64,000 nt of DNA from Cyanophora paradoxa CCMP329 (lineage: Eukaryota > Plantae > Glaucophyta). Shown here piece by piece: positions 23,191-36,200 of this stretch. The stretch covers positions 1-64,000 of the forward strand of contig QPMI01000417.1 in the NCBI GenBank assembly GCA_004431415.1, written 5' to 3'. Position 1 is the first letter of the stretch. Every line of letters starts with the position of its first letter. The position numbers and the translations under genes were made by a program. The notes below the pieces were generated by a model. That model was not told where the DNA came from and searched no databases. It saw nothing but the letters and a program-made list of their open reading frames with translations.

Positions 23191-26100
23191 ATGGGTGCAG
23201 AAACGAGCCGGCAATCGCTGCTCGACGCGCACGGCGATGATCTGCACGCGATCCACAGCTCGGAGATCTCTCTCGGCAGGAAGCTCGGCCATGTGAGCAA
23301 AGAGGCCCGAAACCGTCGTTCTGCCTGACCGAGCCACGCACCCAGGGCGTGTCGGGCGACGTCTACGAAGCTCAATGGCAGCGGAGGTCCGTTGCGGTGA
23401 AGATAGCCAAGGCGAGTCTGTCGGAGGCTTTCCTTAAGGAGTTCAGGGCGGAAGCATCGCTCCTCAGGCAAGCTTGTACTGTGCATAGCTATCGCCTCGC
23501 TGACCGTCCCCGCCCGCCCCGGCACCGCCCCGCGCCCACAGCAAGGTGCTCCTCGCACGCATCGCTCCCCGCTTTCGTTCGCCGCTGACCTGCCGCCGCC
23601 GCGCAGCTCCGCCATCCGAACATCATCATGTGCGCATCGACCGCGCCGGCCGCCCTGCCCGCCGTCCCGCCCCGCCCGCCGTCCCGCGAGCCGCTCGCCG
23701 CAGGTTCTACGGGCTCTGCGCCGAGCCGGGACAGCTCATGATCATTACAGAGCTTGCCTCTGAGGGGAGCCTTGACACCTACCTGAAGCGCGTCAAATGC
23801 GACCTCGTTCGCAAGAGCCAGATCCTCTTCGACGTCGCATGCGGCATGAACTACCTGGCACGCGTACCCCGAACGCCCCCGCCGGATTCGCGTACCCCTG
23901 ACGTGCCGCGCGACCGCCGCGCAGGTCACGCGCCGGCCGCGGCAGGTCTTGCACTGCGACCTGAAGCTCACGAACGTGCTCCTCACGGGCGACGGCACTG
24001 CGAAGCTCGCCGACTTCGTGCGTACCCCTCCCGCCCTCCGCCGGGGGTACCGATCGTCCGCAGGGCCTCGCGTCCCTTCGCCGCGCCGAGGCCGGCCTCG
24101 CTGCGGCCGTCGAGGGCGTGGTCGGCCTCGAGGGGGGTACCCCCGCCTACATGGCCCCCGTCCGTTACCCCCATCCCCCTCCGCCACTCCGGATCGTCGT
24201 ACCCCCGCCGACGTGCGTGCGCAGGAGCTCTTCAACCGGGGTACGCCCTCCGAGAAGTCGGACTGCTTCTCCTTCGGGGTACTGGCGTGGGAGGTCCTCA
24301 CCGAGCAGGAGGCCTGGATCGGTGCGCGCGTACCCCCCTACAATCCGAGCCTTCCCGCCGAACTCTTTCCGGGGCGCAGGGTACGACATGGAGACGATCG
24401 CGCGGCTGATAACGGCGCGCCAGCGGCCGCCCGTACCCCCCAACCTCGACCCGACGCTCGCCGCCCTCATCCGCCGCTGCTGGGCCGAAGACGTGAGCCC
24501 CGTACCCCCCGCCAAAGAAAGGGATTGCCGTGCCCTTCTAACAAAGGATATTTTTCCTCCTCCGCCGCAGCCGAACGCGCGCCCGGCCTTCGAAGAGGTC
24601 CTCGACATTCTGGAGCCGTATACCGGCCGGCAGTCGCCCCGGGGATCCCTAGAGGGCCCCCTCCCCCGCCGCAGCAGCCTGGGCGGCGCCGGAGGAGGCG
24701 GGGCGATGAACGGGGACGGGTCGCAGCGGCAGCTGGCGCAGCAGCAGCAACAACAACAACAGCAGCGGCTCAGTGGGGCGCAACAGCAACAGCAGCAGGA
24801 GCAGCAGCAGCGGGCACCGGACATAGGCCCGGGGTCCGCCCGCGGCTTCCCGGATCGTCCGCAGTACCCCAGCCGCCCGCCCCTCAAGGACGCGATGAAC
24901 CCCTACGTCAGCCTGAACTACGGGGCGAACGTTCCCCCGCGGCAGCCCCCCCAGCACCAGTACCCCTACCGGCCCGAGCCGGCGAACGACGGCCCGGCCG
25001 ACGGCGGGTCGTACCGCTCCTTCGCGGCGGCGCTGGCGGCGGGGCAGCCGCCGCCTCTCCCCGGGAACCAGCACCAGCAGCAGCCGCCGCCCCCGCCCCC
25101 GCCCCCTCCGCCGGCGCCTCTGGCGTCTCAGGCCCCACAGGGTCCCTACCGACCCGCGGGGAGCCTCACGCCCCGGGGTACCTTCTCGCAGCCGTCGCCG
25201 CGCCTGGGCCCCAGCGGCTCGTTCACGTCGCCCCGTACCCCCTACATCGCGCCGCCCCCGCCCCCCGCCGTCCTCAGCACCCCGCCGGGGCCGGCCCCCG
25301 GGGGCGACCTCGCGCCCTCTGTACCCCCCTCGCCCCGGGGCTCCCTCTCCGCCCAGCACTCCGCCTCGGGGCCGCAGCAGCAGCAGCGGGGGCCCTCGGC
25401 CGCCGCGCTGGCCGCCGCGTCCGCCGCCGCCGCCGCCGCCTCCAAGAGCGAGAAACCGTCCCTCTTCGCGCGGGTGCGCCGCCGTCCTAATCGGATCCGA
25501 TCTGATCTGATCTGATCTGATCTGTGACCGCGTCGCGCCCCCCGCAGTTCCTGTCAGGGATCGCGTCCGACCCGTCGCCGCCGCCTCCCCCCTCGCACCA
25601 CCCCCCCATCGAGCCGGGGCCCCTCGTCTCCCCGGGGTACATCATGCGGCAGGCTCAGGCCGCGCGCAGCTCCCCCGGCCCCTCCTCGGCCGCCCCCGCC
25701 GGCCCCAACGGCGTCGGTACCCCGGCGGACCCCAGCGGGGGCATGTACCGGCCCGTCCGGGTACAGTCCACCGGCCCGTTTCGGCCCAGCCTCCCCGCCC
25801 AGTTCGCTGCGACGCCCCCGAAGCCCGGCAGCGTCCCCGACGCGCTTACCCTCGCGGGGGGGTACCGCGGGAGCGTGGAGCTGGACACGGCGCCCCGGGG
25901 CATTCAGGGCCCCCTGCGCCCCTCAAAGTCCTTCTCGTACGCCATGGGCCGCTCCGCAGGCCCCGCGCAGCCGCAGCCCCCGCTCCAGCATCTGGCGCCC
26001 CTCGGCGGCGCGTTCAGGCCCCAGCAGCCGCAGCCGCCTCAGCCGCAGCCGCCGCTCCCGTCCTACCAGCAGCAGCAGCAGCAGCAGCAGCCCCCGCTGC

Positions 26101-28985
26101 AACAGCCGCCCCCCTCCCCCCACTACTCCCCCATGCCCTCGGGCCCTGGGTACTCTCCCGCCTCGGGCGCCCTCATGTCGCCGCCCGCGCCCCCGCCCCT
26201 CAAGCCGGTCGCCACCGTACCCGTGCCGGCCGCGCCGCCCGTACCCATGCCGGGCGCCTCCTCCTCGGGCTTCGCCTCCGCCATGAACTTCGCCTCGACC
26301 GGCTCCCGGCCCGGGTACCCCCCCGCGGGCAGCCCGACCGGGGGGTACAGCAGCTCGCTGCAGACCATCGTGGAGCAGCCGGCGGCCCCCAAGCCCTACA
26401 ACTTTTACACGGCCCCCACCGCCTCCTCCGCCCTCCGCTCCGCGTACCCCGCCCCACAGGCCCGGCCGCCGTACCCCCCCAGCAACGTCACCACCCCTGC
26501 CCTCTCCCGCGCCAACTCGATATCCTCCGCCGCGGGGGGTAGCCTCTCCTCGGGGGCCCCTGCCGGGTTCCGGGTACAGCTGCCCATACCCCCGCCTCTA
26601 CCTCCGACGTCCCACGACGAGGCTGCGTGCGCACCTCTCCTGTACCCCCTGCAACTTTGAAATCCCTTACCCCCCGCAGGCGCCTCCTCTCGCGCTACAG
26701 CATCGACCTGCGTGCCCTCCGCGGCTCCGCCGACCTTTCCAGGTACCCCTCTGCGCGCCTTCCTCCCACCTCCGCGCCCGATACGAATTCGGTACCCCCC
26801 AGGCGGCAGCTGCGTGACTCGGGTGTGACGGAGCTGGCGAGGGCGCTACCCCTCAGCCCCGAGCTTCGCGCCCTCTCCCTCTCTGCGAACGCATTCACCG
26901 AACACGGTGCCCCCCATCCCACCGTGATCCCCCCCCGGCCACCTCGCTGACCTGTACCCCCGCCCTGCAGGCTCCCGGGCGCTCTCGGGGGCCCTCCTGG
27001 CCTCCTCCCTGACCGCCCTGGATCTTTCCGGTAACCCCCTCGGAGCTCCCGGCGCTCGCTGGATCGCCGCCGCGGTGCCCTCTTCTTTCTTTTCTTGTCT
27101 TCTTTCTTCTTTCTTACTGATTCATCCTTTCTTATCTCAGCTGGGGCGGGGCGCGCCGCTCGCCCTCCTTAACCTCTCCGACTGCGGGATCGACTCCGAG
27201 GGGGCCGAATACATCGGCCTCGCCCTCGGGAGCTCCCAGGCGAGCGCTCGCCGGAGTCGGCGTACCCCCTCCCCTGCGGATCGTTCGCCTGACCGTTTCC
27301 CCGCAGGCGATCCGGGAGCTGCACCTAGCGGGGAACCCGATCCGCGAGCGGGGTACGCGAGCGAGCCCTCTAAGGGGCTACGAAGAAGAAGAAGAGAGAG
27401 AAGGGGATGAAGAAGCTGACCGGCCGGCCGGTCGCGCAGGGGCGCGGTTCATCGCGGAGGGCCTCCAGACGAACCGGACGCTCGCGCGCCTCAACCTGCG
27501 CCTCTGCAAGACAAAGCTCGAGGGCAAGTCCAAGCCCAACTCTTCTTCTTCTGATAGCTTCTTATAGCTTGCTTCTTATAGCTTGACTATAAAAAGATAG
27601 CGGCGGCTATAGCTTCTTACAGCTCGCTTAACGTGATAGCTAGCTTGCTTGACAAAGCTCGAGGGCGAGCCCAAGCCCAATCCCAAGCCCTTGGCCCTGG
27701 GCCAAGCCCTTGGTTGCGTTGCTCACGCTTCCTTCTCCGCAGGGACGCGCGCCGTCATGCGGGCCGTGCAGGCCCGCTTTTCCCTCCCCTCGCCCCGCCG
27801 CTGCCCCCCGCCCGCCCCTTTGCCGACCCTCCTTCGCGCAGGCGGGGGCGGCGCCGGCGCTGGAGGAGGTGACCCTCGCCGGCAACAAGATCCCAGACGA
27901 GGGTGCGCTCGAAGAAGGGGGAAGGAGGAGGAGAGCTGGGGGGGGGTACCCGCCCGGGCTTTAGCTAGGGCCTACTCTCTCGCCCCGCCTCGGACCGCCT
28001 CGCCTCACGCCCGCCGCGCAGGGCTGGAGGCCGTGGCGGGGGCGGTGCGCTCGGGCCTCTGCTCCCTCGTCTCCGTCGACCTCTCCGACAACCCCTTCCA
28101 CCGCGAGCGTGCGCCCCAGACCGCTTTCTCTCTCTCTGCCGCTTGGCCCGCCCGCGCCCTGACTGTACCCCCGCACGCCAGACGCGGTGCGGGGCCTGGC
28201 GGCCGCCGTCGGTGCCTCCGCGTACCTCCGCCGCCTCTCCCTCGCCAACTGCCGCATCGGCGACCCGGGTACCCCTCCCATTCTTCCCCCCCCCTCCCCT
28301 CCTCCCCACTCTAAATTTTCTCCTTCTTCTTCTCAGGGGCCGAGGCGCTTGCGGACGCCGTGCGGACGTCGGGATCGCTGCGCGTCCTGAACCTCTCGGG
28401 CTGTGGAATCTCCAAGCGGGGTACGCTTGCGTTTCGTTTGGGGGGTACGCCGTGTACCGAACCGGGGCGCGGCGCGCAGGGGCCGACGCGCTGGCGGGCG
28501 CCCTCCGGAGCAACAACGTGCTCGAGGTCCGAACCGCGTGCCCCGGCTCTCTTCATCCCGTACCCCTCCGCCGCCGACGGGGTACCGCAGGTCATGCGCC
28601 TCGGGGGGAACAAGTTCGGGGACGGGGGCGTGGAGAGCCTCTGCGAGGCGCTCATACAGAACGCGCGGCTGGTCTCGATCGGGCTGGACTCGCTCGGCCT
28701 CTCCGACCGGGGCGCCCAGGCCCTCGCGCGGCTCCTCCAGGCCAACCGCTCGCTCCTGGAGGTGGACTTCATGGCCAACCGGGTACGCGAGAAGGGCGTC
28801 CTCGCAGTCGTCCAGTCCGCCTCGGGGCGGCAGCAGGTGCGCTAAGAACAGGCCCCGACGAATCTGAGCCTTCTGATATGAGTCAGGTGGCGCTCCTGAT
28901 GAGGGGGAACGAGGCGACTCAGCGTGTGCGGGAGGCGTGCGAGCGCGCGCGCGCCGCGAACCCGCGCGTCGAGATCTCCTTCTGA
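23191..28985 (+). CDS. Gene D: tyrosine-kinase-like (TKL) protein kinase, Pro-rich linker, C-terminal ribonuclease-inhibitor-type LRRs
   Basis: MGAETS start (possible N-myristoylation). Motifs LGH|GVSGDVY, VAVK, LRHPNII, HCDLKLTNVLL, DF|G, GTPAYMAP|E, SDCFSFGV. Then about ten LxxLxLxxNxI.dxGa repeats (LRALSLSANAFTEHG, LTALDLSGNPLGAPGA, MRLGGNKFGDGGV). TGA at 28985. Confidence 0.9.
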
Positions 28986-29527
28986 GGGACCCGTACCCGT
29001 CTCGTTCTCCTCCCCCCCCCACGCCGGCCCCCCTTCCCCCACTCCCCCCCCCCCTCCCCACCTCCAACGATTAGGGCTTCTCGTGATCGCTTAGTGCTGC
29101 TTTTTTTGTTGCGTTCTTTTTATCGAGTATCGCAAAGCCGTTTCTTGAATTTGCCGTCGCCTCGTTGGGCGTGGGAAGCAGCAGCAGCAGAGGAGCTCGA
29201 GAGCTCGAGCGGCATGGACGAACAGATGTTAAATATTTTTATATCAAGTTAAGATACGTTTACATTATGCGCGGCGACTCGGCGAATCTACATATACTCA
29301 TCCTGACTCTAGAGCTATCTCTAGGCCTGGTTGCATGCACCTGCCTGCGTAACTGAGCTCTAGATCTAGCTCTCATTCTATCGAAACGTTACATATGCTA
29401 CTCATGATTAACTTTAGTAAAATGCGAATGCGGGGAAATCGAAATGGAAGCGGGCCGTAGAAGTACACAGCGAAACTCGCCTAGGCTATGCCGGGCAGCG
29501 CTAGGCTAGGCTAGGCGCCGACCAGGC

Positions 29528-31162
29528 TCAGCTCTTGCCGGGGCTAGAGGCGGGCATGCGGGGCAGGCCGAGGCGCGCGCAGAGGAAGGCGTCGATGTCC
29601 GCGCAGACCATGGGCGTCTCGGGGCAGTCCACGATCCAGTGGCAGACGCCCTGAAGATAGGTAGGTAGAAAGAAGTGAGAAGATAGGTAATGTATATCAA
29701 GCTTTAAGTAACGGACCGGGTAGATTCGGTAGTCGATGCCGTGGACGAACTTCTTGATGTTGACAGTGCGCTGCAGGAAGGGCGGGCAGGCCTGCGAGAG
29801 CCGTTAGGGAGGGGGAGGGCGAGATTCGAATTCAAATGTTCGAGTTCGAAGAAGCGCGTACCCGGTCCTCGGCGCCGACCTGGAGCATGACGGGAAACGT
29901 GAACTTCTCGTGCCGAATGTCCAGGGACTTGAACGGGTCCGCCCACCGGAACCCGATCTGAGGAGAGGAGAGGGACGCGCGCGTAAGCGAGAAGAACGAG
30001 CTGAGAGCGTGCGCGGGTCGCACCTCGAACACGATGCGTCCGGATTCGGGGGAGAGTGTCGCGTGGATCTGCGGCAGACAAAGCGTCAGAGGCGCGCGGG
30101 GTGAGCTTCTTCGCGGGGCCGCGGGCCGCGCGCACCTCGCGCTGCTTGGCGGGATCAATTGTGTTCATGAACGCGTCCTGATACGTCTTGTAGGGGAGCA
30201 TCGTCGGCTGCGGAAGGGCGCGCGTCAGCGGCGGGCGCGCGGAACGGAGCGGAACGGGCAGATGAGGAAGAAGAGCGAGCGACGCGCCTTCCTGAGGAAC
30301 ATCCAGCGGAGGATGTGCGGGGCGAAGGACCGGAGCCCGTAGATGTTGAAGAGGTTGCGGACCGACTGGACGCCGGGCGCCAGCATGATCAGCGCCGAGA
30401 CAGGGATGCGCGAGGCGACGAGCTGCACGAGGACGCCTGCGGGCGGGCGGGCGGGCGAGCGGCTCGAACCGCGGGCGGAGAAGCGGGCCGCGGCTGCGTG
30501 AACGCGCGCGCACCGCCGAGGGAGAAGCCGATGAGGACGGGCGGCTTGGAGAGCTTGAGAGAAGCGATGAAGTCCTCGAGGTGCTTCACGTAGTCTCTGA
30601 GCGAGGCGCGGCCGAGGCGCTTGATCTGAAGCGGGTCCCCGTGCCATGGCAGAGTCGGGCAGTGCACTCGCCACCCGTGCAATGCGAGGATGTCCCTGAT
30701 CACGTGCATTGCGCTGCCGACCTCCCACATGCCGTGCACCTGCGGCAGTTCAGCACTGCTGCATTCGCGGGACGTCGACGCCGCGCGCGGGCGCGGGCCA
30801 TGGCTCACCGCGATAATCTCTGGCCTGTCATCTACTGGCTTGGGTGATAGTATTGCTGCTGAGGATTCGCTGGACGCTGTCGAGGGAACCTTCATGCCCT
30901 GCAGCCGAGATCGAGGCGTCGTAAACGCCTCCCGCACGCTGCCGCTGTGGGTGTCCGCGCTCTCCGGGGGAAACAACGACCCCGTCTTCATGCTAACGTG
31001 CGGCGGGGTTGAGCTGCTGCTCGGCTCCATCCCGCTGCTTCGCTCGCGCTCGGGGCTGGAAGCAAACGAGGCTGGCTGGACGTGAACAACGCGAGCTCCC
31101 TGGCGGCTGCCCGATGCGAGCTGCTCTCCTGCTTTTGCCTTTGCAGTGCCTCTGATAGCCAT
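29528..31162 (-). CDS. Gene E: alpha/beta-fold hydrolase (esterase/lysophospholipase-like)
   Basis: Oxyanion motif VHGMW, PTLPWHG, nucleophile elbow IGFSLGG, acid VGAEDR, His in GVCHW; spliced across about 8 exons. Confidence 0.85.
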
Positions 31163-31419
31163 CTGGCATCGCCTCCCAGGGCCGGGCTTCTCCCAGGGCG
31201 CGCCACATCGCTGCGCGGGAGGGTCGCTCGTTGCGCGCGCCCGCGCTGCCTCTCTGCATACGCTCCATGGAGCCGCGTACGCGCTTGTTTCGTTTGCTGG
31301 TGCCGCGCTCCGCGAAACGATGCGAATGCCCGGGAGCCCGCGTACCCTGGCCCAGGTCCCCCCCCCTACCGGCCGCAGAAGTTCGAGCAGCTAGAGCAGG
31401 GTCCGGCTACGCTAGATAG

Positions 31420-32331
31420 ATGGCGGCGGAGGCGCCGAAGGTGTTCCGCACCACGCTGCAGCTCTTCAGGGATTGCATCCGGCTCGCCGACTACCTCGGG
31501 ACGAAGGGCGCGAACGGCAACGCGCTCAAGCGCCATGTGCGCAACGAGGTGCGAGGCCGCGCGCCGCCCTGCCGCTCCGCCGCGTCAATCGCGCCGCCTC
31601 AAACCCGGCCCGCGGCCGCCGCGCAGTTCAAGAAGCACATGTTCGAGTCGAACCCAGAGAAGATCGAGCAGCTGCGCGAGAAGTGCGCTGCCCGCCGCTC
31701 CTGCCGCCGGCCCGCCGTCGCCCGCGCGCCGTCCCTGATCCGGCGGCGGCCGCGGCCTCCCGCAGCGCGTTCCGCGGCCTGCAGAACTACCTGATGTACG
31801 AGGCGCAGTCGTGCGCTCTCCCTCTTTGCGCCGTAGTGCGGATCTAGATCTCCGCCCTCGCCGCCGGCACCACAGACCCGACCCGGGCGCGCCGGCCCAG
31901 CCCGCGCGCACTTAGCCCTTCCAAGCTAATGCTGAAGAATGCCGCCCCTTCTTAGCATTCTTCAGTATTAGCTTAGCCGCCAGGGGGCCGCACGCCCCAC
32001 AGAGCCGGAGCCGCTGAGCCTGCGCCCCTTAGACTCTTCTTGTTCGCCATGAGACCCTTAGCTTAAATCCGCCCGTCGTAGACCCCCTCGGCCGCGGCGT
32101 GGCCCCGAGAGCGGTTCAAATATCCATCCCCAATTCTTAGCTTGGCCGCCGCGGCGCCGCGCGCCCTGCCCCCTCGCGCGCCCGGCCCGCTGGCGCTGAC
32201 CGTCGGACGCGCCCCGGGCCCGGCGCCCGCGCAGGCGCCTCAAGGCTTCGATGGCGCAGCAGCAACAATCGGACGATGGCGCCGACAAGCCCTCGGATGA
32301 CGCCACCCGCCTCTCGTACCCCCGAGGGTAG
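31420..32331 (+). CDS. Gene F: small LYR-motif (Complex1_LYR family) protein, probably mitochondrial
   Basis: MAAEAPKVFRTTLQLFRDCIRLA...VRNE|FKKHMFESNPEKIEQLRE|AFRGLQNYL matches the LYR...vr.eFr.n..e.dp.kI pattern. Last exon is tentative. Confidence 0.75.
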
Positions 32332-32614
32332 GAACGGCCTTGAACCCCCCGTACCCCTCGGCCTTGGCCAACCCCGTACGCCTTGTCCAGATCCCCCCTC
32401 CATCCATCCCCCACACACACACACACACTCCATCTCGCCCCCCCCCCCCCCCCCCCCCCCACACCCTCCGGGGTTCCATGCGTCCGACCAAGCCCCGGGG
32501 GCCCCTGCTCCCATCCTCGCTCCCTCCGCTCCTATCCCTTATCCCTTTATCCCTTTTCACGTTTTCATTTCATGATTGTATATCAGATAGAACGATAATA
32601 TAAGACCGCTTCGA

Positions 32615-33258
32615 CTACATAACGGAGCAGGCTTTCGAGTTGCTGCTGCTGCTTTGTGGGGGGGATGCCCCTGGCCCCACAACTGCAGGCTGCAGCTGCC
32701 TGGGTACAGCCGGCGCCGGCGCCGGTGCGGGGGCGGCGCTCGGCCGCGGCCCGGCGACACCCGCTGCCGCGTGGGAGATCGAGGGCGAAGCGGGGCCGTG
32801 ACCCCCCACTCCAGCCAGCTCCGATCGCAGCCGGGCGATCTGCAGGATCCGGAGGCGGGCGATAATTATAAAGCGCTAAAGAAAAGCTAGGCGAGATCTA
32901 GATCCAGAGGCTTCGAATTTCGAGCGCACCTCCGCTTCGAGCCCCTCTTTCCTCCTCCGCTCCTGCGCGAACAAAGGCAAGCAAGTTAATAGCAAGCTTA
33001 AGTAAGTAATAAGGTATAAAGGCTTTACGCGTCGACATCGCGCTGGATTAGAGCGAGCCTCGGAGAGCTAAAGATTCGACGAGCGGCGCCGGCGCCGGCG
33101 CCGGCACGCAAGCAAGCAAGGTAATAAGGTGAAGGCTTTGGGGCTTAAGTACGCTGGATTAGAGCTGATAATACGTACGCCGGCACGCAAGCAAGCAAGG
33201 TAATAAGGCAAGCAAGGTAAAGTACGCTGGATTAGAGCTGATAATTCGAGGAGCGGCG

Positions 33259-33298
<40 letters not shown>

Positions 33299-36200
33299 CT
33301 CGTCGAGCTCCCGCCTGCGATCCGCGAGCAGAGTCTCGATCTCCGACCCGGGCGCATGCGCAGGCGCTGCAGCCGGAGCCTGCCCCGGGGCGCCGGAGCC
33401 GGGGCCGGGGCCGGGGCCGGGGCCTGCGCCGCCCGCCTCCGCAGACGGACTCGTACTGGCCAAATGGGGGCCCTGCGCCTGCCCAAGCACCGCATCCGGA
33501 CCGGTGAGCGCGGGCGGGGCACGGGAACGGGCACTAGTCAGCTGCAGCGACCGACGCCGCACCTGCGGTTGTAAGGGGCCCCGCTGGCGGCTCCGGAAGG
33601 GCACCGAGGCCAGCAGCGCGTCCAGGTTCTGCTCGCAATCTGTAAGCTGATCGAAAAGGCGGCGGTTCTAGCATCGGCGCTTCTAAACGGATCTCGATAT
33701 GTTATCTGGGTAGCTTATATTATATAATTGGCCGCGCCGTATAAAAAATTTGAGTCCCAGGGCTCGAGCAGCCAGGGCGCACGGAGAAGAAGGCGACGTT
33801 GCCCTCCGTGAGGAACGCGAAGGGGGCGGCGTCCGCCGACCCCGGGGGCAGCCCGGGCGCCTGCGGGGCGCGGCTCCAATGTCAAGGCCCATTCACAATA
33901 GCCCCGGCGCCTGCGGGGCGCGGGGGAGGCGAGGGCCAATCCTCTGCGTCGGCTAATTATAAAATGCAAAGCGGCTTGCCTTTGCGGGGGAGAGGAGAAC
34001 GGGGCGGACGGGCCGCCCCGCGACCTCTGCGAGCTGCAGCCGGTCCCGCAGCGCCCCGTCCCCGACCGACTCCGCGCTGCGAAATTAAAGCTTAAGCTTA
34101 AGCAGATTTCAATCTCGATATGTTGTTAAGGAAACTTGTTATAATTACTAAAGCTATGGAACGCGTTTAGCAGACGGCTGGTAGTAAACGTTGTAGGTAG
34201 GAATCTAGACGGTGGGAGGCCATGGCCATGGCCATGGCCAATCTAGACGGGTGGCAGCAATGGCACGAGGGGCGCGCCTGAGGGGGCACGAGGAGGGGCT
34301 GATAGCAGGCGATCTAATCGGTCGGAGATCCTCGGGCCTAAAAACAGCTTTGGTGGATATATAGCAGATCTAGACAGCTGCAGTAGACGATCCCATCACA
34401 GGCGTCGCAATTTCGATCGGTCGAAGTCGGAGCTCCTTGAGCTCAGGAGGGGCGCACCTGAGGAGGGGTACGAAGGCGCGGCAGGAGACGACGGCGCGCG
34501 TCGCCCCCGCCCCCGCCGCCTCCGCCGCCCCGGGCGCCGCCCCGGGCACCTGCGCATGCGCGCCCCCGGCCCCATCAGCGGCTATCGAGATCGAGCGCGG
34601 GTCGGTCCGGCCCCCGCCGCCTCCGCCGCCCCGGGCGCCGCCCCGGGCACCTGCGCGCGCGCCCCCAAGAATCGAAAACAAGATCGAAAACATGATAGCG
34701 CCTTTTAACATTCATCGGATCAAGAAGTACTATCAACGGGCACCTGCGCGCCCCCATCGACGGGCCCAGACCGGCCCGCGACCGCCAAGTGATGCATGAG
34801 AGCAGGGCTCTAGAACCTCGTCATCTCCGGATAGCAGGGTTTTTTGCGATAAATGATGCTATAGGTAGAGCTATCCGGCTTCATATCGTCGTAGCTACAG
34901 AAGAGTCGGATCTAACAGTAGGGCGGGTGGCTAGCTGTAATTAATATACATATATAACTAGTCTATAAGAGGCGGTCGCACCTGGCAGTCGGCCCAGCAG
35001 GGGATGCCTCGGTCCGCGAGGCCGAGGACGACCGCCCGCGCGAACCCCGCGTCCTGCGCGGAGCGGGCGGGCGGGCGGTCGGGCGCGAGGGAAGCTTAAG
35101 AGGAGAAGCAGAAGGGTTTCAGAGAGCCTAGAGCCATGGCGGATGGATCTAGATCTCTTTCATGCAAGCACTTCAACTTCACGGGGGCACCTGGGGCGAG
35201 CACCAGAGGACCACGTGGTCGGACGAGCCCTCGAGCGGGCACCGCGCCTGCGCGAGCGAGATTGGAGGGTAATATAAGATCTTCTAGATCTAAATCTAGG
35301 CTTGCAATTGGGCCTAGGCGTTCAACTGGCAAGGCCGGCAAGGCCGGCGCCGGCGCACCTCGGGCGTGGAGAGGAGGGCAGCCGCGTCTGCGGCCTCGGC
35401 CGCCCCGGCCGCCGCCGCGCCCCCCGCCGCGTGGATCGTCTGCGGAAACGGTAAGCTTAAGAGAAGGAGGCAGGCTCTGAGAAGGGGAGGCTGCGGCGAA
35501 AGGGGGAGGGGGGAGGGGGGGGAGGGGGGGCAGAAAGGCAAGGGGATTCCTGTGGAGATCGAAGCGTTTCGGGAAAGCTTGGGAGACGCGCACGGACCTG
35601 GGAGACGGTGTGGGCGAAGGAGGCGAAGCCCGCCTCGAAGAGCGCCTCCGTGCTGCGCGGCGGCGATCGGGAGGAACACGGCGGAGAGCGATCGCGAAGT
35701 ACTAGCGGCTTAAGGCGGGAATGCAGTGAGTTGAATTGAGCGGTTTCGCTTTAATTGAAGGGATGCAGTGAAACTTAAAGGCGGGCCGGGTCACCTGAAG
35801 TCCGCGAACTGCTGGCGGAGGAGCGCCCCCTGCGAGCGAAGCGGGCCGGGTCGACTCGGGAGGACGGAAAGGGCCGAGTAGGAGCCCCGCGCAGGGAAGG
35901 GCGGCGGCGGCCCGGGCGCGCCTTCATGTGGTCGTCGAGGGCGCACTGCTGGCGCCAGACCGGGAAGACGGGGATCTGCCGCCCGCCCAGAGCAGATCAG
36001 ATCAGATCAGAGCAAATTGAAGCTTAAGGTTCAATGGCAAACAACGAGCCGATCGGACAGGATCGTTAGAGGACTAAAGGACAAAAGGAGGATTAGAGGG
36101 GAAGATGGAGATCTATCGGCCGCCCAGGGCAGATCAGAGCAAAGAATAAAACAAACAACGAAGAGCGACGGCTTAGGCCGAGGGCCGGGGCCGGAGACCT

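Noticed and set aside
25497-25524. (GATCT)n and scattered ttaggg as telomeric or functional repeats
   Set aside because: A short intronic microsatellite and isolated hexamers, with no array.
29528-31162. Hydrolase as an EDS1-like TIR partner
   Set aside because: No EP domain or lipase-3 features seen; it looks like a generic small alpha/beta hydrolase, and proximity alone is insufficient.
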